From: Methanobacteriota archaeon
GTDB lineage: Archaea; Thermoplasmatota; Thermoplasmata; RBG-16-68-12; JAJISG01
Length of the DNA: 64,000 bases
NCBI GenBank assembly: GCA_030594205.1
Contig: JAUVFR010000001.1
Span: 71,870 to 135,869 of the forward strand
Reading direction: 5' to 3'
Position 1 is the stretch's first letter. Each line of letters starts with the position of its first letter. Shown here one piece after another: positions 1 through 9,382 of this stretch. The notes beneath the pieces are model-generated. The model made no database searches. It was not told where the DNA came from and saw only the letters and a program-made list of their open reading frames with translations. The translations under genes and the position numbers were made by a program.

Positions 1-869
1 ATCCCCTCGTCCGGGAGTATCGAAAGACGACGGGGGGCCAGGGTGACGACCTGCCGGACTTCTTCGTCACCTCCCACCAGATCGACCCGTTCTTCCGCGT
101 GAAAATGCAGGGTACCCTCCAGCGGTACATCGACAGCGCCATCAGCAGTACGGTCAACCTGGCTGAGGACACAAGCGTCGAGACGGTGAAGGAGATCTAC
201 GAGTACGCCTGGAAGATGGGGTGCAAGGGGGTCACGGTTTACAGGGAAGGCAGCCGAGAGGGCATCTTGCTTACCTCACGCGAGAAGTCGGCCCGAGGCG
301 AGGTCGGGGCCACCAAGGTCCCGGCCGTTCCGAGGGAGGTGGGGAAGCCTCGCGCCCGCCCCGTCGTCGTGCGAGGGACCACTCAGAAGATCGAGACGGG
401 CTACGGGAAACTCTACGTGACCATCAACGAGGACGAGAACGGGCTCTTCGAGGTCTTCGCACAGATTGGCCGTGGCGGCGGCTACACCGCCTCCTTCACC
501 GAGGCCGTGGCTCGTCTCATTAGCCTCTGTCTCCGGTCCGGCATCTCCGCGGACGAGGTCATCGACCAGATGGAGGGCATCCGGAGCCCCCGGCTCGCGT
601 GGGACCATCAGGAGAAAATCTACTCCGTCCCCGACGCCCTGAGTAAGGCTCTCAAACGTCACCTCAGCGGCTATGACCAGACCACGCTGCTGCCCCGGGT
701 CGAGAGCTTTGGCCCCGTCCTTGACGACGAGTTGGACAAGGAGGCCCGGGACGGGGACGAGGAGATGGTGAAGCAGGGCCTCAGCCCCGAATGCCCGGAG
801 TGCGGCAGCCCCCTGATCTTCGAGGAAAACTGCATCAAGTGCCAACACTGTGGGTTCTCCGAATGCTAG
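1..869 (+). CDS. nrdJ: Class II (adenosylcobalamin-dependent) ribonucleotide reductase, C-terminal part with TSCPD domain and Zn ribbon; 5'-truncated by window
   Basis: Frame is open from the window start (PLVREY...); motifs IDSAISSTVNL and KGVTVYREGSR; TSCPD-like region GKLYVTINEDE...SVPDAL; terminal CPEC...CQHCGFSEC. Confidence 0.93.
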   Translation, partial: PLVREYRKTTGGQGDDLPDFFVTSHQIDPFFRVKMQGTLQRYIDSAISSTVNLAEDTSVETVKEIYEYAWKMGCKGVTVYREGSREGILLTSREKSARGEVGATKVPAVPREVGKPRARPVVVRGTTQKIETGYGKLYVTINEDENGLFEVFAQIGRGGGYTASFTEAVARLISLCLRSGISADEVIDQMEGIRSPRLAWDHQEKIYSVPDALSKALKRHLSGYDQTTLLPRVESFGPVLDDELDKEARDGDEEMVKQGLSPECPECGSPLIFEENCIKCQHCGFSEC

Positions 870-873
870 ACTC

Positions 874-940
874 CCCCCAAAGGCCAAGTGGGAAGGGCCG
901 GTGACGCATGTCCCGGTTCTTCCCCACTCTTTTTTGGGGG
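874..940 (+). terminator. Long hairpin with T-tract downstream of nrdJ
   Basis: AGTGGGAAGGGCCGG...CCGGTTCTTCCCCACT stem followed by CTTTTTT; outer arms CCCCCAAAG/TTTTGGGGG extend it. Confidence 0.6.
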
Positions 941-1033
941 TAAGGTGGTACAAAGGCAACGTCTTTTATCGGTGCCCCCGGTTAGCCCGGCCCGGAAGGG
1001 CCCCTAGCCCTCCCACCACGGCCAGGAGGTGTC

Positions 1034-2311
1034 ATGTTGCAGACGGTAACAGCGCAGGAGACGGGGGAGATGAGCGCCTTCGAGATCGCCCAGGCCCAGA
1101 TTGACGCCGTCGGGGATCGGCTGGGAGTGGATTCGGACCTGCTTGAGATTCTCAAGAAGCCCACCCGGGAGCTCACCGTGAACTTCCCCGTGAAGATGGA
1201 CGACGGGACGATTCGGGTGTTCACAGGGTACCGGGTTCAATACAACCAGGTCTTGGGTCCCTTCAAAGGGGGCATCCGGTACCACCCCGACGTCACCCTT
1301 GAAGAGGTCCGCGCGCTCGCGGCGTGGATGACCTGGAAGTGCGCCGTTATTGGACTGCCCTACGGCGGGGCCAAGGGAGGCGTCATTGTCGACGTGAAGG
1401 AGCTCAGCCCTAGGGAGATTGAGCGGATCACGCGCCGTTTCACCTCGGAGATCTCTATCATCATTGGGCCCCACAAGGACATCCCCGCCCCGGACGTCTA
1501 CACGGATGCCCAGGTGATGGCGTGGATCATGGACACCTACAGCATGATTATGGGGTATTCGGTGCCTGGCGTGGTGACGGGCAAACCGCCCATCATCGGC
1601 GGGTCCAGCGGACGGGAGGAGGCCACGTCCCGTGGGGTGTTGTACACGACCCGCCAGGCGGCGATGATTCTGGGGCTCGACCTTGCGAAGGCGAGGGTGG
1701 TCATTCAGGGGTACGGCAACGTGGGCTACAACGCGGCGCGTCTCTTCCACGAGGAGGGTGGGTCGAAGATCGTGGCCGTGAGCGATTCCCGGGGGGCGAT
1801 TCGAGACAAGGAGGGACTGGATCCCCTCGCGGTCAAGGCCCACAAGGACGAGACGGGAAGCGTGGCGGGGTTCCCGGGCGCGGAGCCCATCACCCCGAAG
1901 GAACTTCTTGCGGAGAAGGCCGATGTCCTGATTCCCGCGGCCCTGAGCGGTTGGATCACCGCGGACAACGTGGACGCCGTCCAGACTCGCATCATCGCCG
2001 AGGGGGCCAACGGACCCACGACCCCGGACGCCGACCAGGTTCTCTTCGAGCGGGACATCACCGTGATCCCGGACATTCTGTGCAATGCGGGCGGGGTGAC
2101 CGTGAGCTACTTCGAGTGGGTGCAGAGCCTCCAGCAGTTTTTTTGGTCGCTGGAGGAGGTAAAGCAGCGTCTGGAGGAGATCATGGTGAAGGCCTTCGAT
2201 CGGGTCTGGGAGATGGCGCAGGAGGAGAACGTCGACATGCGGACGGCGGCCTACATGGTGGCCATGAAGAAGATCGTCCGCGCCTACGAGATCCGCGGCA
2301 TCTATCCTTGA
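1034..2311 (+). CDS. gdhA: Glutamate dehydrogenase (Glu/Leu/Phe/Val family)
   Basis: GPFKGGIRYHP, GGAKGG, DIPAPD, IQGYGNVG, AEGANGPTT, NAGGVTVSYFEW; SD GGAGGTG upstream. Confidence 0.96.
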   Translation: MLQTVTAQETGEMSAFEIAQAQIDAVGDRLGVDSDLLEILKKPTRELTVNFPVKMDDGTIRVFTGYRVQYNQVLGPFKGGIRYHPDVTLEEVRALAAWMTWKCAVIGLPYGGAKGGVIVDVKELSPREIERITRRFTSEISIIIGPHKDIPAPDVYTDAQVMAWIMDTYSMIMGYSVPGVVTGKPPIIGGSSGREEATSRGVLYTTRQAAMILGLDLAKARVVIQGYGNVGYNAARLFHEEGGSKIVAVSDSRGAIRDKEGLDPLAVKAHKDETGSVAGFPGAEPITPKELLAEKADVLIPAALSGWITADNVDAVQTRIIAEGANGPTTPDADQVLFERDITVIPDILCNAGGVTVSYFEWVQSLQQFFWSLEEVKQRLEEIMVKAFDRVWEMAQEENVDMRTAAYMVAMKKIVRAYEIRGIYP

Positions 2312-4377
2312 TCGCGTAGGGAAGCGGCCACAATCTCCGCGAGGTCGAGGGACTGAAAGGACGCCTCCGCCCCGAGGGCCTTGATGCCGTCCTCCATCAT
2401 CGTCATGCAGAAGGGGCAGGCGGTGGTCACACCCTCTGCCTGCGTGGCCACTGCCTCCTCCGTCCGTTCGACGTTGATGCGCTTGCCCACGGACTCCTCC
2501 ATCCACATCCGACCCCCACCCGCCCCGCAGCAAAGCTGGTTCTCCCGGTGGCGGGGCATCTCACGAATCCGGAGTCCGGGGATGCCGCGAAGGGCCTCCC
2601 TCGGGGCCTCATACACGCCGTTGTGGCGACCAAGATAGCAGGAGTCGTGCCAGGCCAGGTCCAGGTCCGTCCTTCGGAGTGGGAGGCGCCCGGACGCGAT
2701 GAGCTGCTGGATCAGCTCCGTATGGTGGACCACCTCGTACGCCCCGCCGAACTCCGGATACTCATTCTGGAAGGTGTTGAAGCAATGGGGGCAGGTGACG
2801 ACGATCCGCTTGACCCCGTGGATGCGGAGGGTCTCCACGTTCTCCTCCATGAGGGTCTGCGCGAGGTATTCGTTCCCGATGCGACGGGCGGGGTCCCCGG
2901 TGCACTTCTCCTTCGTCCCCAGGATGGCAAAACGGAGGCCCGCGGCCCGGAGGATTTTCACCAGGGCGCGGGCCACCCTCTGATTCCGTTGGTCGAAGGA
3001 GGCGGCGCATCCCACCCAGTAGAGGAGATCCAGGTTCGTGGTCTCGGACGCCTCCCGGAGCGGCACGTCCAGTCCCTCTGCCCAGGCCGTCCGCTGGTCC
3101 CACGGCATGCCGTAGGGGTTGAAATTGGTCTCCATGCTCTGGAGCGCCTCCTGAGCCGAAGCCGGGAAGGCGCCCTGCTCCATGACCAGGTTCCGCCGGA
3201 GTTCCACGATGGGGGCGACGTGGCGGATGGCGACGGGGCAGATCTCCACGCAGGCGTTGCAGGTGGTGCAGGCCCAGAGTTCCTCCTCCCCCACCAGGTA
3301 GGGGGCCGGACGTTCGAGCTCCTGCCGATGCTCCTGGAAGGTCATGTCCCGGAGGGTGAGGATGGCCTGCATGGGGTCCAGGGGCTTGCCCGTGGTCCAC
3401 GCGGGGCACACGCTGGTGCAGCGGCCGCATTCGGTGCAGGCATCGAACATGAGGCGGTCCTGCCTGGAGAAGTAGGCCGTGCTGGCGGCCCCGAGTTGGA
3501 CCTGGTCGGCTTCAGGGCCCGTGAGGTCACCCAGTCGGAAGGGCGTGGGGAGCTGCCCGTACGGACGGAGGGAGGCCGTGTAGGTGTTCAGCGGGGAGGT
3601 GACCATGTGGAGGAACTTCGTGTAGGGGATGCTGGCGATGAAAGTGAAGGTGGCGAAGGCGTGGAACCACCAGAGGGCGTAGTATGTGGACTCCAGGGTC
3701 GGGCTTACGACGCCGGGGGTCAGGAGGCCCGCGGCGACGAAGGGGCGGGAGAGGGCGTAGCCCACGAAGGAATAGGGGTACCAAGGCTGCTGGGGGGTGG
3801 CCCCCAGGCGGATCCCCTCTAGGACGAACCCCTGGATGGCCAGCAGCAGCAGGATCAGGAGGAGGTAGTAGTCCCCCCACCCGGTGCGCAGGTGCTTGGG
3901 GCGGGTGACGAGACGTCGCCAGAGGGCGAGGCCCAGGCCGACGATGAGGAAGATGCCGAAGAGCTCCAGGCCGACCTCAAAGGCCAGGTAGGTGTTCCCG
4001 ACGAGGAAGGGGGTCCCGAAGACGTTGATGGCGATGTCGAAGTCCAGGGCGACGAGGATCGTCCCGATGAGGAGGACGATGAAGCCCGTGTAGATGAGGG
4101 TGTGAAGGAAGCCCGCGTAGACCTGACGAATGACCTTGCGTTGGAGGAGGCCTACCCGAATGAGCATACGCATCCGCCCGAGGACCGACTCCTGCGGGTT
4201 GGCCCGCTTCACTCGCCGCCACGTCCGCCACCGGAGGAATAGTCCGACGAGAAAGATGGCGAACGCGATGGTGAAGGCGATGATCATGGGCGCGAAGACC
4301 TCCGCGCCGATGATGGCGAAATGCTCCCGCTGGGGCTCCTGCGCGAGGGCCTCAACCGCGCCTCCGACCCACCCCAT
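2302..4377 (-). CDS. Membrane-bound Fe-S oxidoreductase with NarI-like TM domain, 2x[4Fe-4S] and two CCG domains (FadF/EtfD/HdrF-like)
   Basis: TM N-terminal half; CTECGRCTSVCP, CTTCNACVEICP, KCTGDPARRIG, TCPHCF, WHDSCYLGRHN, CCGAGGG, TACPFC; divergent from etfBA; start approximate. Confidence 0.9.
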   Translation of the reverse strand: MGWVGGAVEALAQEPQREHFAIIGAEVFAPMIIAFTIAFAIFLVGLFLRWRTWRRVKRANPQESVLGRMRMLIRVGLLQRKVIRQVYAGFLHTLIYTGFIVLLIGTILVALDFDIAINVFGTPFLVGNTYLAFEVGLELFGIFLIVGLGLALWRRLVTRPKHLRTGWGDYYLLLILLLLAIQGFVLEGIRLGATPQQPWYPYSFVGYALSRPFVAAGLLTPGVVSPTLESTYYALWWFHAFATFTFIASIPYTKFLHMVTSPLNTYTASLRPYGQLPTPFRLGDLTGPEADQVQLGAASTAYFSRQDRLMFDACTECGRCTSVCPAWTTGKPLDPMQAILTLRDMTFQEHRQELERPAPYLVGEEELWACTTCNACVEICPVAIRHVAPIVELRRNLVMEQGAFPASAQEALQSMETNFNPYGMPWDQRTAWAEGLDVPLREASETTNLDLLYWVGCAASFDQRNQRVARALVKILRAAGLRFAILGTKEKCTGDPARRIGNEYLAQTLMEENVETLRIHGVKRIVVTCPHCFNTFQNEYPEFGGAYEVVHHTELIQQLIASGRLPLRRTDLDLAWHDSCYLGRHNGVYEAPREALRGIPGLRIREMPRHRENQLCCGAGGGRMWMEESVGKRINVERTEEAVATQAEGVTTACPFCMTMMEDGIKALGAEASFQSLDLAEIVAASLRDQG

Positions 4378-4399
4378 CGGCTCGACCACGGGATGCTGC

Positions 4400-4441
4400 G
4401 GTTATAACGGTTAGCAGGTTTCATCGGGGCAGATTTATAGG
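4400..4441. promoter_or_regulatory. Divergent archaeal promoter region (TATA-like boxes)
   Basis: GTTATAAC at ~4401 and TTTATA at ~4434, each roughly 25-35 nt from a divergent ATG (4377 and 4467). Confidence 0.55.
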
Positions 4442-4466
4442 GGGCGAACGGTCCGATGGGCGGCCC

Positions 4467-5237
4467 ATGAACGTCGTCGTATGTGTCAAGCAGGTGGCCA
4501 ATCCCGAGCTCCAGTATCGCATCCGGGACGACGCCCTCGACATCGTGCGGGACAACCTGACCTTCCAGGTGAACGGCCCGGATGAGTACGCCTTGGAGGA
4601 AGCGGTCCGCCTCCGGGAGGCCCACGGGGGGAAGGTCACGGCTATCGCGGCCGGGCCAGAGCGTGTGACAGAGGTGCTCCGACAGGCTATGGCGAAGGGG
4701 GCCGACGAGGCGATTCGCGTCGACCTACCGGATGGAAGGGAGTTTGATCCCTCCTACACGGGACAAACGTTGGCGCAGGCCATTCAGGCCTTGGATGTCG
4801 ACCTCGTCCTCTGTGGAGTGCAGTCGGACGACTACGCCCACGGGGCCACGGGCCCGATCCTCGCCTCGCACCTTGGGATCCCGCACGCCTCCGTCGTCAC
4901 GAGGGTGGAGGTCGAGGATGACCGCGTGAGGGTAAACCGAGAACTGGAGGGCGGGCTTGAGGAGCGGGTGACCCTTCCTCTCCCGGCCCTCTTGACCATT
5001 CAGTTCGGCATCAATGAGCCCCGCTTCGCCTCGGTGGCGGCCATCCTCAAGGCGACGAGGCAGTCCATTCAGGAGGTGACGGCCGCCTCCGCGGAGGGGG
5101 CCTCCCGTCTCACAGTCCGTCGGATGTACATCCCGGAGGTAACGCAGCAGGCGGAGATGCTGGAAGGATCCGTGGATGAGGTGGCACGGAGATTGGCGGC
5201 TATTCTGCGGGAGAAGGGCCTCGTTCCGGAGGGGTAG
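4467..5237 (+). CDS. etfB: Electron transfer flavoprotein beta subunit
   Basis: VVCVKQV, DEYALEEA, AMAKGADEA, CGVQSDD, INEPRF. Confidence 0.94.
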   Translation: MNVVVCVKQVANPELQYRIRDDALDIVRDNLTFQVNGPDEYALEEAVRLREAHGGKVTAIAAGPERVTEVLRQAMAKGADEAIRVDLPDGREFDPSYTGQTLAQAIQALDVDLVLCGVQSDDYAHGATGPILASHLGIPHASVVTRVEVEDDRVRVNRELEGGLEERVTLPLPALLTIQFGINEPRFASVAAILKATRQSIQEVTAASAEGASRLTVRRMYIPEVTQQAEMLEGSVDEVARRLAAILREKGLVPEG

Positions 5238-5238
5238 C

Positions 5239-6210
5239 TTGGGCATCCTTGTTGTCGCGGAGCATCGGCAGGGGAAGATTCAGGACCCGACGTGGGAGGT
5301 CCTCGGGAAGGCGGGGGAAGTGGCCGTCTCTGCACACACGGAGGTCAAGGCCGTTCTCATGGGAGACGCGGTATCGGACCTGGCCTCGGAGTTGGCTAGG
5401 TACCCGGTGAATGAGGTTCTTGTCGTTGAGGACCCTCGCCTGAAGGACTACACCCCTGAGGGATATGGGGCCGCTTTGGCCGCCCTACTCGAGCACGAGG
5501 AGGCCGAGCTCGTCCTCACCTCCCACACGGCCACGGGCTACGAGTTCCTGCCCCGGGTTGCGGCCGACATGGACCGCCCTCTGGTCACCGCTGCCATGGA
5601 CGTGAGCTTGGTCGACGGCTTGGTGGTCGCCACCCGAACGGGATACAACGGGAAGGTGGCGGTCGAGATCGCCATGGAGGGAGGTGGACCCGCTTTCGTG
5701 ACCCTGCGTCCCGCCACATTCACGCCGCCGGAACCCGGCCCGAAGAGAGCACCCGTCACCCCAGTCGATGTGGACCTTTCAGCCCTCCAAATCCGGCGGG
5801 AGGTCCAGGGGTACGAGAAGCCCGAAAGCGAGGACGTTGACATCGCCGAGGCGGATGTGGTCGTGACCGTGGGGCGCGGGATCAAGAAGAAAGAGAACAT
5901 CAGGCTGGCCGAGGACCTGGCCGCGGCCCTCGGAGGGGTCGTCGGGGCGTCTCGCCCCATTGTAGACAATGGGTGGCTCCCCCGGAGCCGTCAGGTGGGA
6001 TCCTCCGGGAAGACCGTGGCCCCTAAGCTCTACGTCGCCTGCGGAGTGTCGGGGGCCATGCAACACCTAACGGGCATGAAGGGGTCGCAGACCATCGTGG
6101 CTATCAACATCGACCCGACGGCCCCCATCTTTTCCGTGGCCCATTACGGGGCGATCGGGGACCTCCTCGAGATTATCCCCAGTTTGCTTAGGGAACTCGA
6201 GAAGGCCTAA
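5239..6210 (+). CDS. etfA: Electron transfer flavoprotein alpha subunit
   Basis: TTG start 1 nt after etfB stop; [42 protein letters not shown]. Confidence 0.94.
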   Translation: MGILVVAEHRQGKIQDPTWEVLGKAGEVAVSAHTEVKAVLMGDAVSDLASELARYPVNEVLVVEDPRLKDYTPEGYGAALAALLEHEEAELVLTSHTATGYEFLPRVAADMDRPLVTAAMDVSLVDGLVVATRTGYNGKVAVEIAMEGGGPAFVTLRPATFTPPEPGPKRAPVTPVDVDLSALQIRREVQGYEKPESEDVDIAEADVVVTVGRGIKKKENIRLAEDLAAALGGVVGASRPIVDNGWLPRSRQVGSSGKTVAPKLYVACGVSGAMQHLTGMKGSQTIVAINIDPTAPIFSVAHYGAIGDLLEIIPSLLRELEKA

Positions 6211-6248
6211 GGCGCGTACTCAACGGTGATAATCGGGGCCGTGCCCTT

Positions 6249-6527
6249 ATGGCACGAAACAACCACGTAGTGGGCATGGAGCAACCCCTGCAGACGTTGT
6301 TCCTGCAGGACCTGGGTTCGGATGCCAAGGTGAAGTTCCGACCTCACGTATTCTTTGCGGTCTTCGCCACGGGTTTCATCCTGATTATCGTGATGGAAAT
6401 CTTTCTCCTCCCCCCATTATTCCACCTTTTCGCCATACGCGCCTTGCCGAACCCCTTCTACGAATGGATTGCCCTCGGGCTCATCGCGGCCCTCGTCAGC
6501 TTCAAGTGGGAGAAGTCAAGCCCCTAA
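6249..6527 (+). CDS. Small hypothetical membrane protein (2 TM)
   Basis: 92-aa ORF with two hydrophobic stretches that fills the gap between etfA and icd. Confidence 0.55.
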   Translation: MARNNHVVGMEQPLQTLFLQDLGSDAKVKFRPHVFFAVFATGFILIIVMEIFLLPPLFHLFAIRALPNPFYEWIALGLIAALVSFKWEKSSP

Positions 6528-6581
6528 GGGCGCGGAAGACTTCCGTGCGAGCGGACCCAAGGGACCCGTTCCGGCGGGGAG

Positions 6582-7835
6582 CTACAAGAGGGAATCGACA
6601 ACGCTCTGCGCGAAAGCCCGCGTCCCCACGACGGTGGTTCCCTCTACCTGCCGGGCCAAGTCCTGCGTGACGTCTCCTTCCAGCACGGCTCGGCTAACTC
6701 CACCGCGGACCATGTGAGAGGCCTCGGACCACCCAATGTATTCCAGGAGCATGGCCCCCGCCAAGATTTCCGCCATCGGGTTCGCAATATCCTGCCCCGC
6801 GTACTTCGGCGCGCTCCCGTGGATGGGTTCGAAGAGGGCCGCATGGTCCCCGATGTTGGCTCCCGGCGCGACGCCCAGGCCCCCCACCAGGCCCGCCGCA
6901 GCGTCCGAGACGTAGTCCCCATTCAGGTTCGTGGTCGCAATGATGTCGTATTCGGCCGTCCGTGTCAGAAGCTGTTGCAGCATATTGTCTGCGAGCCGGT
7001 CCTTGACCAGGACCTTGCCCTCCGGGGGAGTGCCCTCGTGCTGATCGCGGACCTCCTCTTCGGTTACAACGTCGCCTCGAAACTCCTGGACGGCAATCTC
7101 GTACCCCCATCGCATGAAGGCACCCTCCGTGTACTTCATGATGTTCCCCTTGTGCATGAGGGTCACATTGCGCCGTCCTCGCTCCACGGCGTAGGTGAGG
7201 GCCTTTCGGACGAGGCGCTTGCTGGCAAACTCGCTGATGGGCTTGAGGCCCAGGGCCGGGTCGTTCTTCACACGGAGGTCGTAGTGCTTCTCCAAGAGGT
7301 TCAGCAGCTTCCGGGATTCCTCGCTCCCGGCGGCCCACTCGATGCCCGCGTAGACGTCCTCCGTTGCTTCCCGGAAGACCACGAGATCGACGCGTTCCGG
7401 GTGCTTTAGGGGGCTCGGAATCCCCGGGATCCAGGCGATTGGTCGCACATTGGCATAGAGGTCCAATTCCTGCCGGAGGGTGACGTTGAGGCTCCGGTAG
7501 CCGCCCCCGATGGGGGTGGTCAGGGGCCCTTTCAACGCCACGACGTAATGGCGGACGGCCGCAAACACGTCAGGGGGGAGCAGCTCGCCGTAGGGTTCCT
7601 CCGCCTCAGTCCCCGCGAGAATCCGCCACCAAACGAGCCGGCGCTCTCCGCCATAGGCCGTCGCCACGGCCGCGTCCAAGACCTCCCGGGTGGCGGTTAT
7701 GACCTCGGGTCCGATGCCGTCCCCACGGATGTAGGGGATGACGGGGTCGGCCGGCACGGCGAGGCGCCCGTCCTGTGTCTGGATGGCCGTCCCCTCCCCG
7801 GGGGGGCGCAGCTTGTGGAAGCGGGGTGTAGGCAT
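6582..7835 (-). CDS. icd: Isocitrate dehydrogenase (E. coli-type homodimeric)
   Basis: Start MPTPRF at 7835; IRGDGIGPE, KGPLTTPIGGGYRSLNVTLRQ, HKGNIMKYTEGAF, NLNGDYVSD, HGSAPKYAG. Confidence 0.95.
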   Translation of the reverse strand: MPTPRFHKLRPPGEGTAIQTQDGRLAVPADPVIPYIRGDGIGPEVITATREVLDAAVATAYGGERRLVWWRILAGTEAEEPYGELLPPDVFAAVRHYVVALKGPLTTPIGGGYRSLNVTLRQELDLYANVRPIAWIPGIPSPLKHPERVDLVVFREATEDVYAGIEWAAGSEESRKLLNLLEKHYDLRVKNDPALGLKPISEFASKRLVRKALTYAVERGRRNVTLMHKGNIMKYTEGAFMRWGYEIAVQEFRGDVVTEEEVRDQHEGTPPEGKVLVKDRLADNMLQQLLTRTAEYDIIATTNLNGDYVSDAAAGLVGGLGVAPGANIGDHAALFEPIHGSAPKYAGQDIANPMAEILAGAMLLEYIGWSEASHMVRGGVSRAVLEGDVTQDLARQVEGTTVVGTRAFAQSVVDSLL

Positions 7836-7876
7836 GCTTGCCAGGCGCACACCACACTCCCTTAAGAAGAAGTCCG

Positions 7877-8233
7877 TCACACCCCGAATAGGGCCACCAG
7901 GGCCGTCAGGGCCGTCGCGAGGCCCGCGATGACATAGAGGAATGCCCCCACCTTCCGGTAGGAACGCCTCATCCCCAGGTCGAAGAGGACGTATTTGAAG
8001 CGGTGCGCCCCGTGGAAGAGGGCGCCCCCCACGAGCACGATGAGGTAAACCTTCACGAGGGGATCTGTCACCCAGGCCAGCATCGCGTCGAAGGTGGAGA
8101 GGTCCTCCTCGAGGAGGCCGAGGTCGACCCCCGCGTGGAAAAGGATGATGTGGACTGGCAGGAGCAAGGCGACGATGAAGCCCCCCAGGGCGAAGAACTG
8201 CCAGAACACCGCCGTGCTCGTGTCTGGCTCCAC
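7877..8233 (-). CDS. frdD: Fumarate reductase/succinate dehydrogenase anchor subunit D
   Basis: VFWQFFALGG and LFHGAHRF..FDLG align with E. coli FrdD VFWGLFGAGG and LWCGLHRM..HDLK; operon position. Confidence 0.85.
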   Translation of the reverse strand: MEPDTSTAVFWQFFALGGFIVALLLPVHIILFHAGVDLGLLEEDLSTFDAMLAWVTDPLVKVYLIVLVGGALFHGAHRFKYVLFDLGMRRSYRKVGAFLYVIAGLATALTALVALFGV

Positions 8234-8632
8234 TCAGAACCCCCGGAAGACTAGGAGATAGACGAGGCCGCTGACGACGATCCACGCAAGCATCCCCCCT
8301 GCGAACAACGCGGCGGGGGGAAGGGTTCGGCCCCGGAGGCGGATCCGGAACACCCCGGCGTTCAGGGACCACCAGGTAATGGCGTGGACGACGGCCATGA
8401 CCAAGACCACGCCGGTGAACGCTCGGAACACAGAGGAGGTGAAGAGAACCCGAAAGGCGTCGAAGAGGCCCCGGTCGGCCAGAAGAAGGAACTGAACCAC
8501 GAAGGCGAGGGCGTAGAGGTACACGAAGATGGAGGTGACCTCGCGGAGCATGTAGAGGAAGTAACGGGGGTTGCGAAGCCACCACGTCGACGGCATCTTT
8601 GGGGTGTAGGTCTTCGCTCCTTCCTCGGTCGT
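8234..8632 (-). CDS. frdC: Fumarate reductase anchor subunit C (start uncertain; ACG proposed)
   Basis: KTYTPKMPSTWW...YFLYMLREVTS and VHAITWW match E. coli FrdC KPYVRPMTSTWW...YRFYMLREGTA and LHTKTWF. Confidence 0.85.
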   Translation of the reverse strand, partial: TTEEGAKTYTPKMPSTWWLRNPRYFLYMLREVTSIFVYLYALAFVVQFLLLADRGLFDAFRVLFTSSVFRAFTGVVLVMAVVHAITWWSLNAGVFRIRLRGRTLPPAALFAGGMLAWIVVSGLVYLLVFRGF

Positions 8633-8636
8633 CGTC

Positions 8637-9380
8637 TCACCTCCGAAGGATGGGGGGGAGGAGAATCTGTATCGCCTGGATCGCCCCGGGTGCCTTGAGC
8701 CTCTGGATGGCGCCGGCCGGGTCGACGTTCTTGGGGCAGACCACGGAACACTCCCCCACGTAGGTGCACTCCCAGAGGCCAGTCCGCCCGATGAGCCGAG
8801 CGAGGCGCTCTTTCGAACCATGATCACGGGTGTCTACATTGTATCGATAGGCGAGGGCCAGGGCGGCCGGGCCGATGAACTCCGGTTCCAGACCGTACAC
8901 CGGACAGCCGGCGTAGCAAATCATGCAGTTGATGCAGAGGGACTGCTGGCGATAGAGCTCGACTTGCTCTGGGAGCTGAGAGTACTCCCCCCGTTCCAAG
9001 GGCTTCTCGCTTTCCCGGATGATCCAGGGCATGACCTGCTGCAGCTTTCGCATGAAGTCGTCCATATCGACGACGAGGTCCTTGATCACGGGGAAGTGGC
9101 CCAGGGGGCCCACCCGGACGATGGGCTTCCGAATCTCGTGAAGGAAGGTCGAGCAAGTGAGGCGGGGAGTCCCTTCCACGGATGCCCCACAACTCCCGCA
9201 GATGCCCATGCGACACGACCACCGGAAGGCAAGGCTGCCGTCCATGTGATCCTTGACGTAGGCGAGGGCGTCCAGCACCATCATGTCGTTCCGGAAGGGG
9301 ACCGCGAAGTCCTCGTGGAAAGGCAGGGGGGACTGCTCCGGCCGGTAGCGGGTGACCCGGAGGATAATCTCATCGGCCAT
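8637..9380 (-). CDS. frdB: Fumarate reductase/succinate dehydrogenase Fe-S subunit
   Basis: SCRMGICGSCG, CINCMICYAGCP, CTYVGECSVVCPK. Confidence 0.94.
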   Translation of the reverse strand: MADEIILRVTRYRPEQSPLPFHEDFAVPFRNDMMVLDALAYVKDHMDGSLAFRWSCRMGICGSCGASVEGTPRLTCSTFLHEIRKPIVRVGPLGHFPVIKDLVVDMDDFMRKLQQVMPWIIRESEKPLERGEYSQLPEQVELYRQQSLCINCMICYAGCPVYGLEPEFIGPAALALAYRYNVDTRDHGSKERLARLIGRTGLWECTYVGECSVVCPKNVDPAGAIQRLKAPGAIQAIQILLPPILRR

Positions 9381-9382
9381 GC

